Of a DNA stretch of 64,000 nt, positions 36,476 through 46,568 are shown piece after piece. The stretch is from Acidaminococcales bacterium (GTDB taxonomy: Bacteria; Bacillota; Negativicutes; Acidaminococcales; JAISLQ01): NCBI GenBank assembly GCA_031552765.1, contig JAVBME010000025.1:3270-67269 (forward strand), in the 5' to 3' direction. Position numbers and translations under genes: made by a program. Numbering within the stretch: position 1 is the first letter of the stretch; each line of letters starts with the position of its first letter. Under the pieces are notes generated by a model, which ran no database searches, was not told where the DNA came from, and saw only the letters and a list, made by a program, of their open reading frames with translations.

Positions 36476-36505
36476 CCAGACACAGCTGGTTTCCCGGCTG
36501 TGTCT
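36476..36505 (-). terminator. Hairpin after the flgJ-like gene (terminator/attenuator candidate)
   Basis: 10-bp stem CAGACACAGC / GCTGTGTCTG with a 10-nt loop. The minus-strand downstream sequence is GCATTTTATAG. Confidence 0.5.
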
Positions 36506-36533
36506 GAAAATTTTTGAATTTCGCTAGAGGGGA

Positions 36534-37007
36534 CTATTGCTTCTTTGTTCCTACCCCTGTCCCCGCTTTGATGCTGTATTCCGGTATGTGTTTTACACCG
36601 GGATTGGTCAGCTGATTGTACAAAAGATTGCCCAATCCTATACCGCCGGCTTGTGACATGGTGCGAGTAAGTTCCACGTCCATCATGGATTGCATGATCT
36701 TCTCACCGCTGCTTTTGGGAAACAGCGTCCGTTCAGGTACGGTATCGCGCATTTTCGAGAGCATCAGGTTGAGAAACAACGCTTCCATTTCCTGGCAGGC
36801 TTTCCTAAGTTTCTTATCTTCCTCAGGGCTTCTCACCGCTTTGGCATTGTTGGCTGCGGCTTTATCCTGCACAGCCTTGAGTTTTTGCGAAAAACTCTCC
36901 AGGTCGCTTTTATCGCGCGCAGCTTGCCCGCGCACGATATTGGCCTCGCTGGTAGCCGAATTCATGACATTCATACCGCCAAATTTGTTTGTTATTATAC
37001 TGCTCAT
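36534..37007 (-). CDS. flgJ: Flagellar rod-binding protein (FlgJ N-terminal-domain type, no hydrolase domain)
   Basis: 157 aa with a Rod-binding-like core: LRKACQEMEALFLNLMLSKMRDTV....KIMQSMMDVELTRTMSQAGGIGLGNLLY. It follows flgI. Confidence 0.75.
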   Translation of the reverse strand: MSSIITNKFGGMNVMNSATSEANIVRGQAARDKSDLESFSQKLKAVQDKAAANNAKAVRSPEEDKKLRKACQEMEALFLNLMLSKMRDTVPERTLFPKSSGEKIMQSMMDVELTRTMSQAGGIGLGNLLYNQLTNPGVKHIPEYSIKAGTGVGTKKQ

Positions 37008-37021
37008 ATCGCGCCGTCCCC

Positions 37022-38116
37022 TTATATTACTTCCAGCGTAGCATGAAGCGCGCCCGCTGCCTGCATCGCTTGCAGTATGGCCATGATGTCGCGCGGCGTA
37101 GCTCCTGCCGAATTTAGTGCGGTAACTACATCGCCTACATTGGCCGAGGCCGGGAGAACAATGAGATTGGCTTTTTCTTCCTTGACTTTTACATCAGTGT
37201 TGGGCGTAACTACAGGACGCCCGTAAGTAAACGGGTTGGGCTGTACGACATCCGTGCTCTTGGTTATTGTGACTGTCAAACCGCCTTGGGAAACAGCCAC
37301 TTCGCTGATACCGACATTGCCGCCCATGACCACCGTGCCGGTGCGTTCGTTGAGGATTATTTTAGCCGCCTGGTCGGGGTCTATACTCAAATCTTCCAGT
37401 CCGGCAATAAAGTTCACGATATCGTAACTGCCTTCCGGCACCTGCACGCTTACGGTCCCGGCGTCACTTGCCGTAGCGATACGGCCCCAGCTGGAGTTGA
37501 TCCTGTTGGCTATGCGGTTGGCAGTAGTAAAATCCGGTTTGTAAAGGGAAAACCGTACATAGCCCCCTTCGGCCACATTAGTGGTAGTCCCGCGTTCGAC
37601 GATCGCACCGTTCGGGATAAGACCGGCGTTCAGATGGTTTTTCACCGTGCCGGAGCCGCCGCTGCCGGCGGCGTAACCGCCAAGAGAGATCGGCCCCTGC
37701 GCTACCGCGTATACTTCACCGTTAGCAGCCCTGAGCGGCGTTTGCATGAGCACTCCGCCCTGGAGGCTCTTGGCGTCGCCGTTTGAAGCTACATTGATAT
37801 CTATATTGTCGCCCGGTTTAGCAAAAGCGGGCAATTTCGCAGTGATAATAACTGTAGCCACATTTTTCGGCTTTATGTTTTTTTCGTCAACTGTAATACC
37901 GAAATTTTTCATCATATTGACTATAGCTTTTATGGTCATATCGCTTTTTGTCGAGTCGCCTGTACCGTTAAGACCTACGATAAGGCCCTGCCCAAACAAT
38001 TGGTTGTCACGCACTCCCTGTACTTTTGCCACATCTTTGATCCTGGCCGCTTCGGCCATAGGATTAAAGGAAAAAAGGGCAACCAGAGCCGCTATAAAAT
38101 AAGCGCTTATACGCAC
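37022..38116 (-). CDS. flgI: Flagellar P-ring protein
   Basis: Signal peptide, then RIKDVAKVQGVRDNQLFGQGLIVGLNGTGDS, the hallmark FlgI N-terminus. 364 aa. Confidence 0.92.
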   Translation of the reverse strand: MRISAYFIAALVALFSFNPMAEAARIKDVAKVQGVRDNQLFGQGLIVGLNGTGDSTKSDMTIKAIVNMMKNFGITVDEKNIKPKNVATVIITAKLPAFAKPGDNIDINVASNGDAKSLQGGVLMQTPLRAANGEVYAVAQGPISLGGYAAGSGGSGTVKNHLNAGLIPNGAIVERGTTTNVAEGGYVRFSLYKPDFTTANRIANRINSSWGRIATASDAGTVSVQVPEGSYDIVNFIAGLEDLSIDPDQAAKIILNERTGTVVMGGNVGISEVAVSQGGLTVTITKSTDVVQPNPFTYGRPVVTPNTDVKVKEEKANLIVLPASANVGDVVTALNSAGATPRDIMAILQAMQAAGALHATLEVI

Positions 38117-38129
38117 TTTTATCCCTCCT

Positions 38130-38717
38130 TTACAGCAGGAAATTGAGAACCTGTGTGATTATGCCCTGGCGCTGCTTGCGCATGATAGGGCCTTTGCCGT
38201 CGATAGTGATTTTTGCGTTTGCCACATATGTAGAAAGAATGGTGTTGCCATTGCTTATATCTTCCGGGCGCACTTCGCCGGTCACAGTAATGGTCTGCAA
38301 GTCTTTATTCTGCTTGATCGATTGCGTTCCGGACAGCAAAAGATTGCCATTAGGCTGTACGCCTACTACCTGCACGGTTATACTGGCATTTACCTTGTTA
38401 CTGTTGTTTATGTTGCCCTGCGCACTAAAGCTGTCGCTCCCAGAAACGCTGTGGGCTGTGATCCAATCAAGAAAAGAGCCTGTCCCCGCGCTGAGGTTCA
38501 TACCGGCGGTCTTGGAGTTATTGGCCGCGCCGGTACGCGAAGCTGTAGACACCTCAGATATGACGATAGTCAAAAGATCACCGACATTACGGGCTTTGAC
38601 ATCCTGATAAATATTGGCCATGCGGGAATTATCCTGCCAAAGCGATTCCGCCTGCCCTATGGCCGGTTGCGCCGCAAAAGCTAAGACGGCCAGACAAACA
38701 ACCATCAATCGTTTCAT
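38130..38717 (-). CDS. flgH: Flagellar L-ring protein
   Basis: LWQDN....IYQDVKARNVGDLLTIVISE is the FlgH signature. Preferred ATG is at 38717 (MKRLMVV); the ORF-track GTG at 38726 lies inside the RBS. No canonical lipobox cysteine is present. Confidence 0.9.
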   Translation of the reverse strand: MKRLMVVCLAVLAFAAQPAIGQAESLWQDNSRMANIYQDVKARNVGDLLTIVISEVSTASRTGAANNSKTAGMNLSAGTGSFLDWITAHSVSGSDSFSAQGNINNSNKVNASITVQVVGVQPNGNLLLSGTQSIKQNKDLQTITVTGEVRPEDISNGNTILSTYVANAKITIDGKGPIMRKQRQGIITQVLNFLL

Positions 38718-38739
38718 AAAACTCACCGCCTAGTTTGAC

Positions 38740-39444
38740 TTAATTGTAAATAACGACCGTGTCACGGTCTTGTATTTTAGCCAGGAGGCTTTTCCCTGAA
38801 CTAAGGTTGCGCACCCGTATCACATCGCCGACCGCGCCGCCCTGAACGGCCTGACCGGCCACTTTTACTGTCACATTGCCTGCGATACTGACAATAGTCA
38901 CATTGTCGCCCGCTTTTATGGCCTCAGGTTTTGTAAGGCTCGAACGGGTGATGACACTGCCGACAGTCAGCGGACGTCTTAGCTGAAGGCCTACCGCATC
39001 GGCGCTTTGGAAAATAACGTCGCCCACACGGGTCACTTCGCGCCGGTCATAGACCATATCCGCCTCTTCCAAAGTCGTTTGCGAAGGCAGGTCGCGCGCC
39101 GCCACCAATACTTCCATAAATTTGCGTACCCGCCAAATGGTTATGATGTTCATCTGGCGCATGCCGTCAACGTTTACCGCTACTTTCACCTGTATCGGCT
39201 GGCCATAGCGGAGCTGACCCATAAGTTCCGCCGACATATCAAGGATACCGTTTGGCAAGGTGATATTTGGCGGCAGGCGTGTAAGGCATTCTAGCTGGTA
39301 ATCTGATCCGTCGCTTCTATCGAGCATTTTTTGGATGGTATCTTCCGCCAAAAGAATGACCGACTGGCCGGGCACAGCCTGCTGAGCCTCGGCTGTCACC
39401 GGCAGAAAGAGCAGTAGGGCGACCAACAGCAGTTTTTTAATCAT
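38740..39444 (-). CDS. flgA: Flagellar P-ring assembly chaperone FlgA (SAF domain)
   Basis: Signal peptide and a SAF-like segment (VLVAARDLPSQTTLEEADM). The C-terminus GDVIRVRNLSSGKSLLAKIQDRDTVVI is typical of FlgA. Gene order is flgG-flgA-flgH-flgI. Confidence 0.85.
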   Translation of the reverse strand: MIKKLLLVALLLFLPVTAEAQQAVPGQSVILLAEDTIQKMLDRSDGSDYQLECLTRLPPNITLPNGILDMSAELMGQLRYGQPIQVKVAVNVDGMRQMNIITIWRVRKFMEVLVAARDLPSQTTLEEADMVYDRREVTRVGDVIFQSADAVGLQLRRPLTVGSVITRSSLTKPEAIKAGDNVTIVSIAGNVTVKVAGQAVQGGAVGDVIRVRNLSSGKSLLAKIQDRDTVVIYN

Positions 39445-40235
39445 CAGCGTTTAAGAGCTACAGCAGTCTGTAGCATTTCATCACTGGTGGTAACAGCTTT
39501 GCCGTTTATCTCATACGCCCTTTGGCAGACGATCATATTTACCATCTCCTCGACTAGTTGGACATTGGACATTTCAAGATACCTTTGGACAATAGTTCCC
39601 GCACCGTCCGTGCCGGGGTTGCTGACCATCGGTTCGCCGGAGGCGGCGCTTTGCTGGTATAGGTTTTGCCCGATAGCGACAAGGCCGGCCGGGTTGATGA
39701 AGCGGGCTATTTCCAGTTGCCCGATCTCATCGGGGTCGGTTTGGCCGGGAATGGTCACAGATACCCGCCCGTCCGAAGAAATAGTGATAGACGTGGCGTC
39801 ATCCGGTATAGTGATGACCGGCTCCAAGGTATAGCCGTCAGATGTCACTATGCGGCCAGTCTCGTCTGTTTTGAAAGAACCGTCCCGCGTATAGGCCAGC
39901 GTGCCGTCCGGCATGTTGATCTGGAAAAAGCCCTCGTTTTGGATCATCATATCAAGGGCGTTTCCAGTCTCCTGAGCGGCGCCCTGTAAATAAATACGCT
40001 GGGTAGCGGCAATCTTGACGCCATGACCAAGGTCGACGCCTGTCGGCACCTGGTTGTTATCGTCGCCAGTGCTAGTACCGGCCGCACGGACATTTTGATA
40101 GAGCAAATCCTGGAAATCCACACGGTATTTTTTAAAACCGGTGGTGTTTACGTTGGCGATGTTATTGGAAATAACATCCATATTGCTTTGCTGCCCTTTC
40201 ATACCTGTAGCGGCAGTCCAAAGAGATCTCATCAT
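39444..40235 (-). CDS. flgG: Flagellar basal-body distal rod protein FlgG
   Basis: N-terminus MMRSLWTAATGM..Q....DVISNNIANVNTTGFK and C-terminus ...VQLVEEMVNMIVCQRAYEINGKAVTTSDEMLQ, both typical of rod proteins. The ORF-track GTG start is at 40259. Confidence 0.88.
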   Translation of the reverse strand: MMRSLWTAATGMKGQQSNMDVISNNIANVNTTGFKKYRVDFQDLLYQNVRAAGTSTGDDNNQVPTGVDLGHGVKIAATQRIYLQGAAQETGNALDMMIQNEGFFQINMPDGTLAYTRDGSFKTDETGRIVTSDGYTLEPVITIPDDATSITISSDGRVSVTIPGQTDPDEIGQLEIARFINPAGLVAIGQNLYQQSAASGEPMVSNPGTDGAGTIVQRYLEMSNVQLVEEMVNMIVCQRAYEINGKAVTTSDEMLQTAVALKR

Positions 40236-40320
40236 GGTCTTGTTTCGCCTCTTTCGCACATTTTTACACTGCTTCTGTCAGTCCGCAGCGCGAGGCCCCC
40301 TCAAAAGGTCCGGCCCCGTA

Positions 40321-41073
40321 TTATACCCTTGACACTTCATTTACTGCTTTATCATTGAGCTGGTCGTGCGTCTGCACTGCTTTGGCGTTTATCTCATAGG
40401 CGCGGTAGCTGCCGATAAGATTGACCATTTCTTCAATAATGTTTACATTGGAGGCTTCCAAAACGCCGCTGTTGATTTTGCCGGTAAAAGGCACTACCCT
40501 GGCGTTATCCTCCAAACGAAAGAAAATCCCCGCTTCTTTTCTCATGGAACGCGAATTTTCCACATCGATGAGATCTAATTGCCCTATTTCCTGATCGCCG
40601 TTATACACTCGCCCATTCTGGCTGATGGTGACAGGCTGGTTGTCAAAGACCGTGATGCTTTGCCCGCCGGAGCCCAATACCGGGTAACCATCCACCGTTA
40701 CCAGTTGTCCTGTGTCATTGAGCGTAAAAGAACCATTGCGGGTATAACGGATGCCTGCCGGAGTCTCGACAGTAAAATAGCCCTTCCCGCTGATGGCAAG
40801 ATTAAGAGGATTGCCTGTATCGATGATGTTGCCGCCACTATGGACAACGTAGTTTTCCAGCGGATAAGCGCCAGTACCGAGGTTCCCTACTTTAGGATGC
40901 GGGTATTCGCCGTCTCGTATACGTTCTATCAATATATTGCGAAAATCGGTGCTGACATTTATGTCCTTCTTGTAACCGGCCGTATTGCAGTTTGCCAGGT
41001 TATTGGCTATAGTGTCGGTGCGTACGGTTTCGGTTATCATGCCGCTGGCGGCAGTATAAATTCCTCTGTTCAT
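40321..41073 (-). CDS. flgF: Flagellar basal-body rod protein (FlgF / FlhO-like)
   Basis: MNRGIYTAASGM......DTIANNLANCNTAGYKK and C-terminal ...EEMVNLIGSYRAYEINAKAVQTHDQL. 250 aa, directly downstream of the mreB-like gene. Confidence 0.85.
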   Translation of the reverse strand: MNRGIYTAASGMITETVRTDTIANNLANCNTAGYKKDINVSTDFRNILIERIRDGEYPHPKVGNLGTGAYPLENYVVHSGGNIIDTGNPLNLAISGKGYFTVETPAGIRYTRNGSFTLNDTGQLVTVDGYPVLGSGGQSITVFDNQPVTISQNGRVYNGDQEIGQLDLIDVENSRSMRKEAGIFFRLEDNARVVPFTGKINSGVLEASNVNIIEEMVNLIGSYRAYEINAKAVQTHDQLNDKAVNEVSRV

Positions 41074-41179
41074 TTTTTACCTCCTTTCTCAAAAAATCCT
41101 GTATGTAAAATTTATAAAACCCTATTAATGTATCGAAAGCTGGAAATAAAAACTAAAGCAGCCGCTTTTTAAACAAGTC

Positions 41180-42208
41180 CTATTTGCTCAGCCCGGCCTT
41201 TTGCATTGTAGTCAGGCTGTCCTGCAATTTTTCTAAAGATTCAAGGGCCTTGCCTGTCCCTATGGCCACGCAGGAAAGCGGATCTTCGGCCAGATAAACA
41301 GGGATACCGGTCTTATCTATAAGCAGCCTATCAAGGCCGTCCAAGAGAGCGCCGCCGCCGGTAAGGATGATGCCCCGGTCGACAATATCGGCCGCCAGTT
41401 CAGGCGGCGTACGCTCAAGGACGCCTTTTACGCAGTCCACTACTAAAGATATAGCTTCTTTCAACGCCTCACGCGTTTCCTCAGAAGTTATGCGCAAAGT
41501 CTTCGGCAGGCCTGACACCAGATCGCGTCCGCGTATCTCCATACTGTCGGAACGTCCCTTCTCATGCACGGTCGCAATATTTAGCTTGATTTCTTCAGCC
41601 GAACGCTCGCCGATCAAGACATTGTACTCTTTTTTTACGTGCCGGATGAGCGCTTCATCAAACTTATCGCCGCCGACCCGCAAAGAATCACTGACAACTA
41701 TACCGCCAAGGCTGAGTACCGCTATATCGAGCGTCCCGCCACCGATATCTACTACCATGGAACCGCAGGGTTCCGCTATATTAAGACCGGCGCCGAGAGC
41801 CGCCGCTAAAGGTTCTTCCAGAAGGTAGGTCTTCGATGCCCCTGCCTGGAGTGCCGCCTCGAGGACCGCCCGTTTTTCCACGCTGGTCACGCCGGAAGGG
41901 ATGCAAATCATGATACGTGGTTTAAAGAACAAGCTTTTTCCCGCTACCTTTTGAATAAAATGCCTGAGCATGTTCTCTGTTTTGTCATAGTCGGCGATAA
42001 CGCCGTCACGCAAAGGCCGCATAGCCACAATATTGCCCGGAGTACGGCCCAGCATGCGTTTTGCTTCCGAACCTATGGCAAGTATCTTATTTGTATCGCG
42101 ATCTATCGCCACTACCGACGGTTCGCGTAAAACAATCCCACGCCCTTTTATATAAACAAGTATATTCGCAGTTCCCAGATCAACGCCGATGTCAAGCGTA
42201 CCAAACAT
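41180..42208 (-). CDS. mreB: Rod shape-determining actin homologue (MreB/Mbl family)
   Basis: DIGVDLGTANILVY, REPSVVAI and DIGGGT motifs. 342 aa with a GAAAGAGG RBS. Its position upstream of two rod genes matches the mbl-flhO-flhP order of Bacillus (from memory). Confidence 0.92.
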   Translation of the reverse strand: MFGTLDIGVDLGTANILVYIKGRGIVLREPSVVAIDRDTNKILAIGSEAKRMLGRTPGNIVAMRPLRDGVIADYDKTENMLRHFIQKVAGKSLFFKPRIMICIPSGVTSVEKRAVLEAALQAGASKTYLLEEPLAAALGAGLNIAEPCGSMVVDIGGGTLDIAVLSLGGIVVSDSLRVGGDKFDEALIRHVKKEYNVLIGERSAEEIKLNIATVHEKGRSDSMEIRGRDLVSGLPKTLRITSEETREALKEAISLVVDCVKGVLERTPPELAADIVDRGIILTGGGALLDGLDRLLIDKTGIPVYLAEDPLSCVAIGTGKALESLEKLQDSLTTMQKAGLSK

Positions 42209-42279
42209 TTAATAGCCTCTTTCTCCGAACATTGTTAAGCATTATTGTATTATTGCCAAATGAAGACAATTAGGGCATT

Positions 42280-42308
42280 ATCATACCATATAGTATATTT
42301 TATCGCAA
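42280..42308 (-). promoter_or_regulatory. Sigma-70-type promoter candidate for mreB-flgF-flgG
   Basis: The minus strand reads TTGCGA (42308..42303), a 17-nt spacer ending in TGG, then TATGAT (42285..42280). This is ~70 nt upstream of the mreB ATG. Confidence 0.45.
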
Positions 42309-42368
42309 AAACAGTTTTTTTCCAACTGTTTTCTGTAAATTATAATAGTGTATTTTATCTAAAATTAA

Positions 42369-42413
42369 GCTAGACAAGTTAACGAGCCTGGCCGGCTCTA
42401 TAACTTGTCTAGC
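42369..42413 (-). terminator. Intrinsic terminator candidate after murA
   Basis: 13-bp perfect stem GCTAGACAAGTTA / TAACTTGTCTAGC enclosing an inner GAGCC/GGCTC stem. The minus-strand downstream sequence is TTAATTTTAGAT. A second small hairpin, AAACAGTT/AACTGTTT, follows at ~42307..42331. Confidence 0.6.
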
Positions 42414-42426
42414 AAAAAACGCATCT

Positions 42427-43686
42427 TTATTCCTCTACTCTTTTTATATCCGCACCTACGCTGGTAAGTTTTTCCACCAGCTTTTCATAGCCGCGGTCGA
42501 TATGGTGCACGCAGCCGATCTCAGTTGTGCCTTCAGCTACCAGCCCGGCTAAAACCATAGCGGCGCCGGCCCGAAGATCGGTAGCCTTTACTTTACAGCC
42601 AGTAAGTTTTTTTACCCCCTCAACCACGGCGCTGCGGCCTTCTATTTTTATATTGGCGCCCATACGTTTTAGCTCAGTGGCGTGCATAAACCTGTTTTCA
42701 AACACTGTTTCGGTCACTATGCTGGTGCCGGAAGCTATTGTCGTCATAGCCATAACCTGGGCCTGCATATCGGTAGGAAACCCTGGATAAGGCAGTGTTT
42801 TTATGTCTATCGCTTTTATCTTGCCGTCAGAAACCACCCTGACGCCATTGATATCTTCTTCTATAGATATGCCCGCTTCTTTGAGTTTAGCCACCAGCGG
42901 ATTCAAATGCTCGACCAGCACGTTGTCTATCCTGAGGTCGCCGCCGGCCATAGCGGCTGCCACCATGAAAGTACCCGCCTCTATGCGGTCTGGTATAACG
43001 GTATGGTTAACACCCTTTAGTTCCTTTACGCCGTCGATGCGTATCTGATTGGTGCCGGCGCCCCGGACGCGCGCGCCCATAACATTCAGGTAATTGGCCA
43101 GGTCCACTATTTCCGGCTCCTGAGCTGGGTTTTCCAGCAAAGTCCGGCCTTCGGCCATGGAGGCCGCCATCATGATGTTCTCTGTCGCCCCGACGCTGGG
43201 AAAATCAAGGTATATGCGTTCTCCCTTTAGCCCCTTTGGCGCCGACGCTTCTATATAGCCGTGCCCCATTTCTATCTTGGCGCCCAAGGCCTCAAAACCT
43301 TTAAGATGTATGTCGATAGGACGCGTCCCTATCGCGCAGCCCCCTGGCTGGGAGATGCGCGCATTGCCCTTGCGCGCCAAAAGCGGCCCCATGACCAAAA
43401 AAGATGCCCGCATCTTTCTCACTAGGTCATACGGCGCTTCGCAGGAATCTATTTTCGTGCTGTTGATACAAAGCGTGCCGTTTGGCGTTTTTTCCACAAC
43501 TACGCCCAAACAGGACAATACCTCACAGATAGTATTGACATCTTCAAGCGCAGGCACTTCTTCCAATTTTCCCGGTGTAGACGACAATATTGAGGCAGCT
43601 ATTATAGGCAGCACGGCATTTTTAGCCGAACTTACCCGGATAGTCCCGTTTAATTTTTTACCGCCATTGATAATCAACCTGTCCAA
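42427..43686 (-). CDS. murA: UDP-N-acetylglucosamine 1-carboxyvinyltransferase
   Basis: [31 protein letters not shown] plus the catalytic Cys loop [17 protein letters not shown]. 419 aa; TTG start with an AGGAGGG RBS. Confidence 0.93.
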   Translation of the reverse strand: MDRLIINGGKKLNGTIRVSSAKNAVLPIIAASILSSTPGKLEEVPALEDVNTICEVLSCLGVVVEKTPNGTLCINSTKIDSCEAPYDLVRKMRASFLVMGPLLARKGNARISQPGGCAIGTRPIDIHLKGFEALGAKIEMGHGYIEASAPKGLKGERIYLDFPSVGATENIMMAASMAEGRTLLENPAQEPEIVDLANYLNVMGARVRGAGTNQIRIDGVKELKGVNHTVIPDRIEAGTFMVAAAMAGGDLRIDNVLVEHLNPLVAKLKEAGISIEEDINGVRVVSDGKIKAIDIKTLPYPGFPTDMQAQVMAMTTIASGTSIVTETVFENRFMHATELKRMGANIKIEGRSAVVEGVKKLTGCKVKATDLRAGAAMVLAGLVAEGTTEIGCVHHIDRGYEKLVEKLTSVGADIKRVEE

Positions 43687-43799
43687 AAATTCTGCCCTCC
43701 TGGCAAATTACTCGACTTAATAAAATTCCCTTAACAATTAGTTTAACATTTTTGTTTTATATTTTACAAGATGTAGAAAAAATAAAGTATAATAACTAA

Positions 43800-43822
43800 C
43801 CCGGCCGATATAATCGGCCGGG
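43800..43822 (-). terminator. Intrinsic terminator candidate after atpC
   Basis: Stem CCCGGCCGAT / ATCGGCCGGG with a 3-nt loop. The minus-strand downstream sequence is the T-rich TTAGTTATTATACTTTATTTTTT. Confidence 0.55.
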
Positions 43823-43834
43823 CAGATTTTAATG

Positions 43835-44260
43835 TTAGTGTGTATGAGAATTTAATTCAACTGTTTTCAAGCGGCCGACCGCCCGGCGCAAAGAAACTTC
43901 CGCCCGCATATGGTCAAACTGCTCATCCGTCATTTTTCCAGTCAGACGGGCCTCCGCCCTCTCTTTGGCAGCTTCCGCCCGCTTGCAGTCTATTTCTTCC
44001 GGCAATTCGGCAACTGTAGCTAAAATAGTTATCACATTATCGCGCACTTCCATAAAGCCGCCGCTAACGCTGACAAAACATTCCGATTCATCATCTTTTT
44101 TAAGTTTTACAGGCCATTCCAGCAAAGAAGAAATGAGCGGCATGTGATCGGAAAGTATGCCTATCTCGCCATCGAGAGCGCGTACTACTACCATGCTAAA
44201 GTCGTCCTTTAAAATAGTGCGGGTAGGCGTGATTATTTCCACATGAATTTTATTAGCCAT
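43835..44260 (-). CDS. atpC: F1 ATP synthase epsilon subunit
   Basis: 141 aa. The N-terminal beta-sandwich region (VEIITPTRTIL..., GEIGILSDHMPLIS) and C-terminal helical hairpin fit epsilon. It follows atpD. Confidence 0.9.
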   Translation of the reverse strand: MANKIHVEIITPTRTILKDDFSMVVVRALDGEIGILSDHMPLISSLLEWPVKLKKDDESECFVSVSGGFMEVRDNVITILATVAELPEEIDCKRAEAAKERAEARLTGKMTDEQFDHMRAEVSLRRAVGRLKTVELNSHTH

Positions 44261-44264
44261 GCCA

Positions 44265-45692
<1,428 letters not shown>

Positions 45693-45698
45693 TTAATG

Positions 45699-46562
45699 CT
45701 ATTTTAGCGCTTCCGCGCCGCCGACAATCTCGGATATTTCGCGAGTTATGCCAGCCTGACGGATTTTGTTGTAATGAAGGGTAAGCTGGGAAATGATCTC
45801 TGAGGAGTTTTCCGTCGCCGAACCCATCGCCGCCATCCTCGATCCCAGCTCACTAGCCGCGGCCTGGATGAGAGCAGTATATATAAGTGTTTCGAGATAA
45901 CGCGGCACCAAAAGTTTAAGTGTGTCTGCCGCCGGCGGCTCAAAGATATAGCCGCGGATGTCCCCTCTCGCCGCAGTCCCCATCAGGTGGGCGGGCGGTT
46001 CTACCGGCAACAGCCTGGTCACTACCGGAGCATATGACAGCGGCGAATAAAACTGTGTATAGACGATATTTATCTCGTCATATTCGCCAGAAATATATTT
46101 TTCCGCCATCGACTTGGCTATCGCTATAGCATCGGTATATTCCGGCCTTTCGGAAAATCCTTCGAACATGTCGTCTATGGTATAGTGCCGCCGGGAAAAG
46201 TATTCCCTGGCTTTCCTGCCCACCGTGGCAAGATGCGCATTCTCCTTGTCCCGCACTTCAGCCGCAGCTTTTTTAAGGACGTTGGAATTATACGCTCCAG
46301 CCAACCCTTTGTCGGCGCTTACTACATAGTAAGCGCTGTTTTTTACTTCCCTGATCTGTAACAACGGATGCATAAGTTCTTCGCCGCAGTTTGCGACATT
46401 GACCAGCATCTGCCTAATCTTTTCCGCAAACGGCTTGCTGGAGGCCGCCCGTTCCTGGGCGCGGCGCAGCCTGGCTGCAGCTACCATTTTCATGGCTTTA
46501 GTGATGTGCTGTATGTTTTTTACGCTTTTTATCCTTTGCCGGATCTCGCGTGAACTAGCCAC
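45699..46562 (-). CDS. atpG: F1 ATP synthase gamma subunit
   Basis: MASSREIRQRIKSVKNIQHITKAMKMVAAARLRRAQ and C-terminal ...ITREISEIVGGAEAL, both typical of gamma. Confidence 0.95.
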   Translation of the reverse strand: MASSREIRQRIKSVKNIQHITKAMKMVAAARLRRAQERAASSKPFAEKIRQMLVNVANCGEELMHPLLQIREVKNSAYYVVSADKGLAGAYNSNVLKKAAAEVRDKENAHLATVGRKAREYFSRRHYTIDDMFEGFSERPEYTDAIAIAKSMAEKYISGEYDEINIVYTQFYSPLSYAPVVTRLLPVEPPAHLMGTAARGDIRGYIFEPPAADTLKLLVPRYLETLIYTALIQAAASELGSRMAAMGSATENSSEIISQLTLHYNKIRQAGITREISEIVGGAEALK

Positions 46563-46568
46563 AGACTA

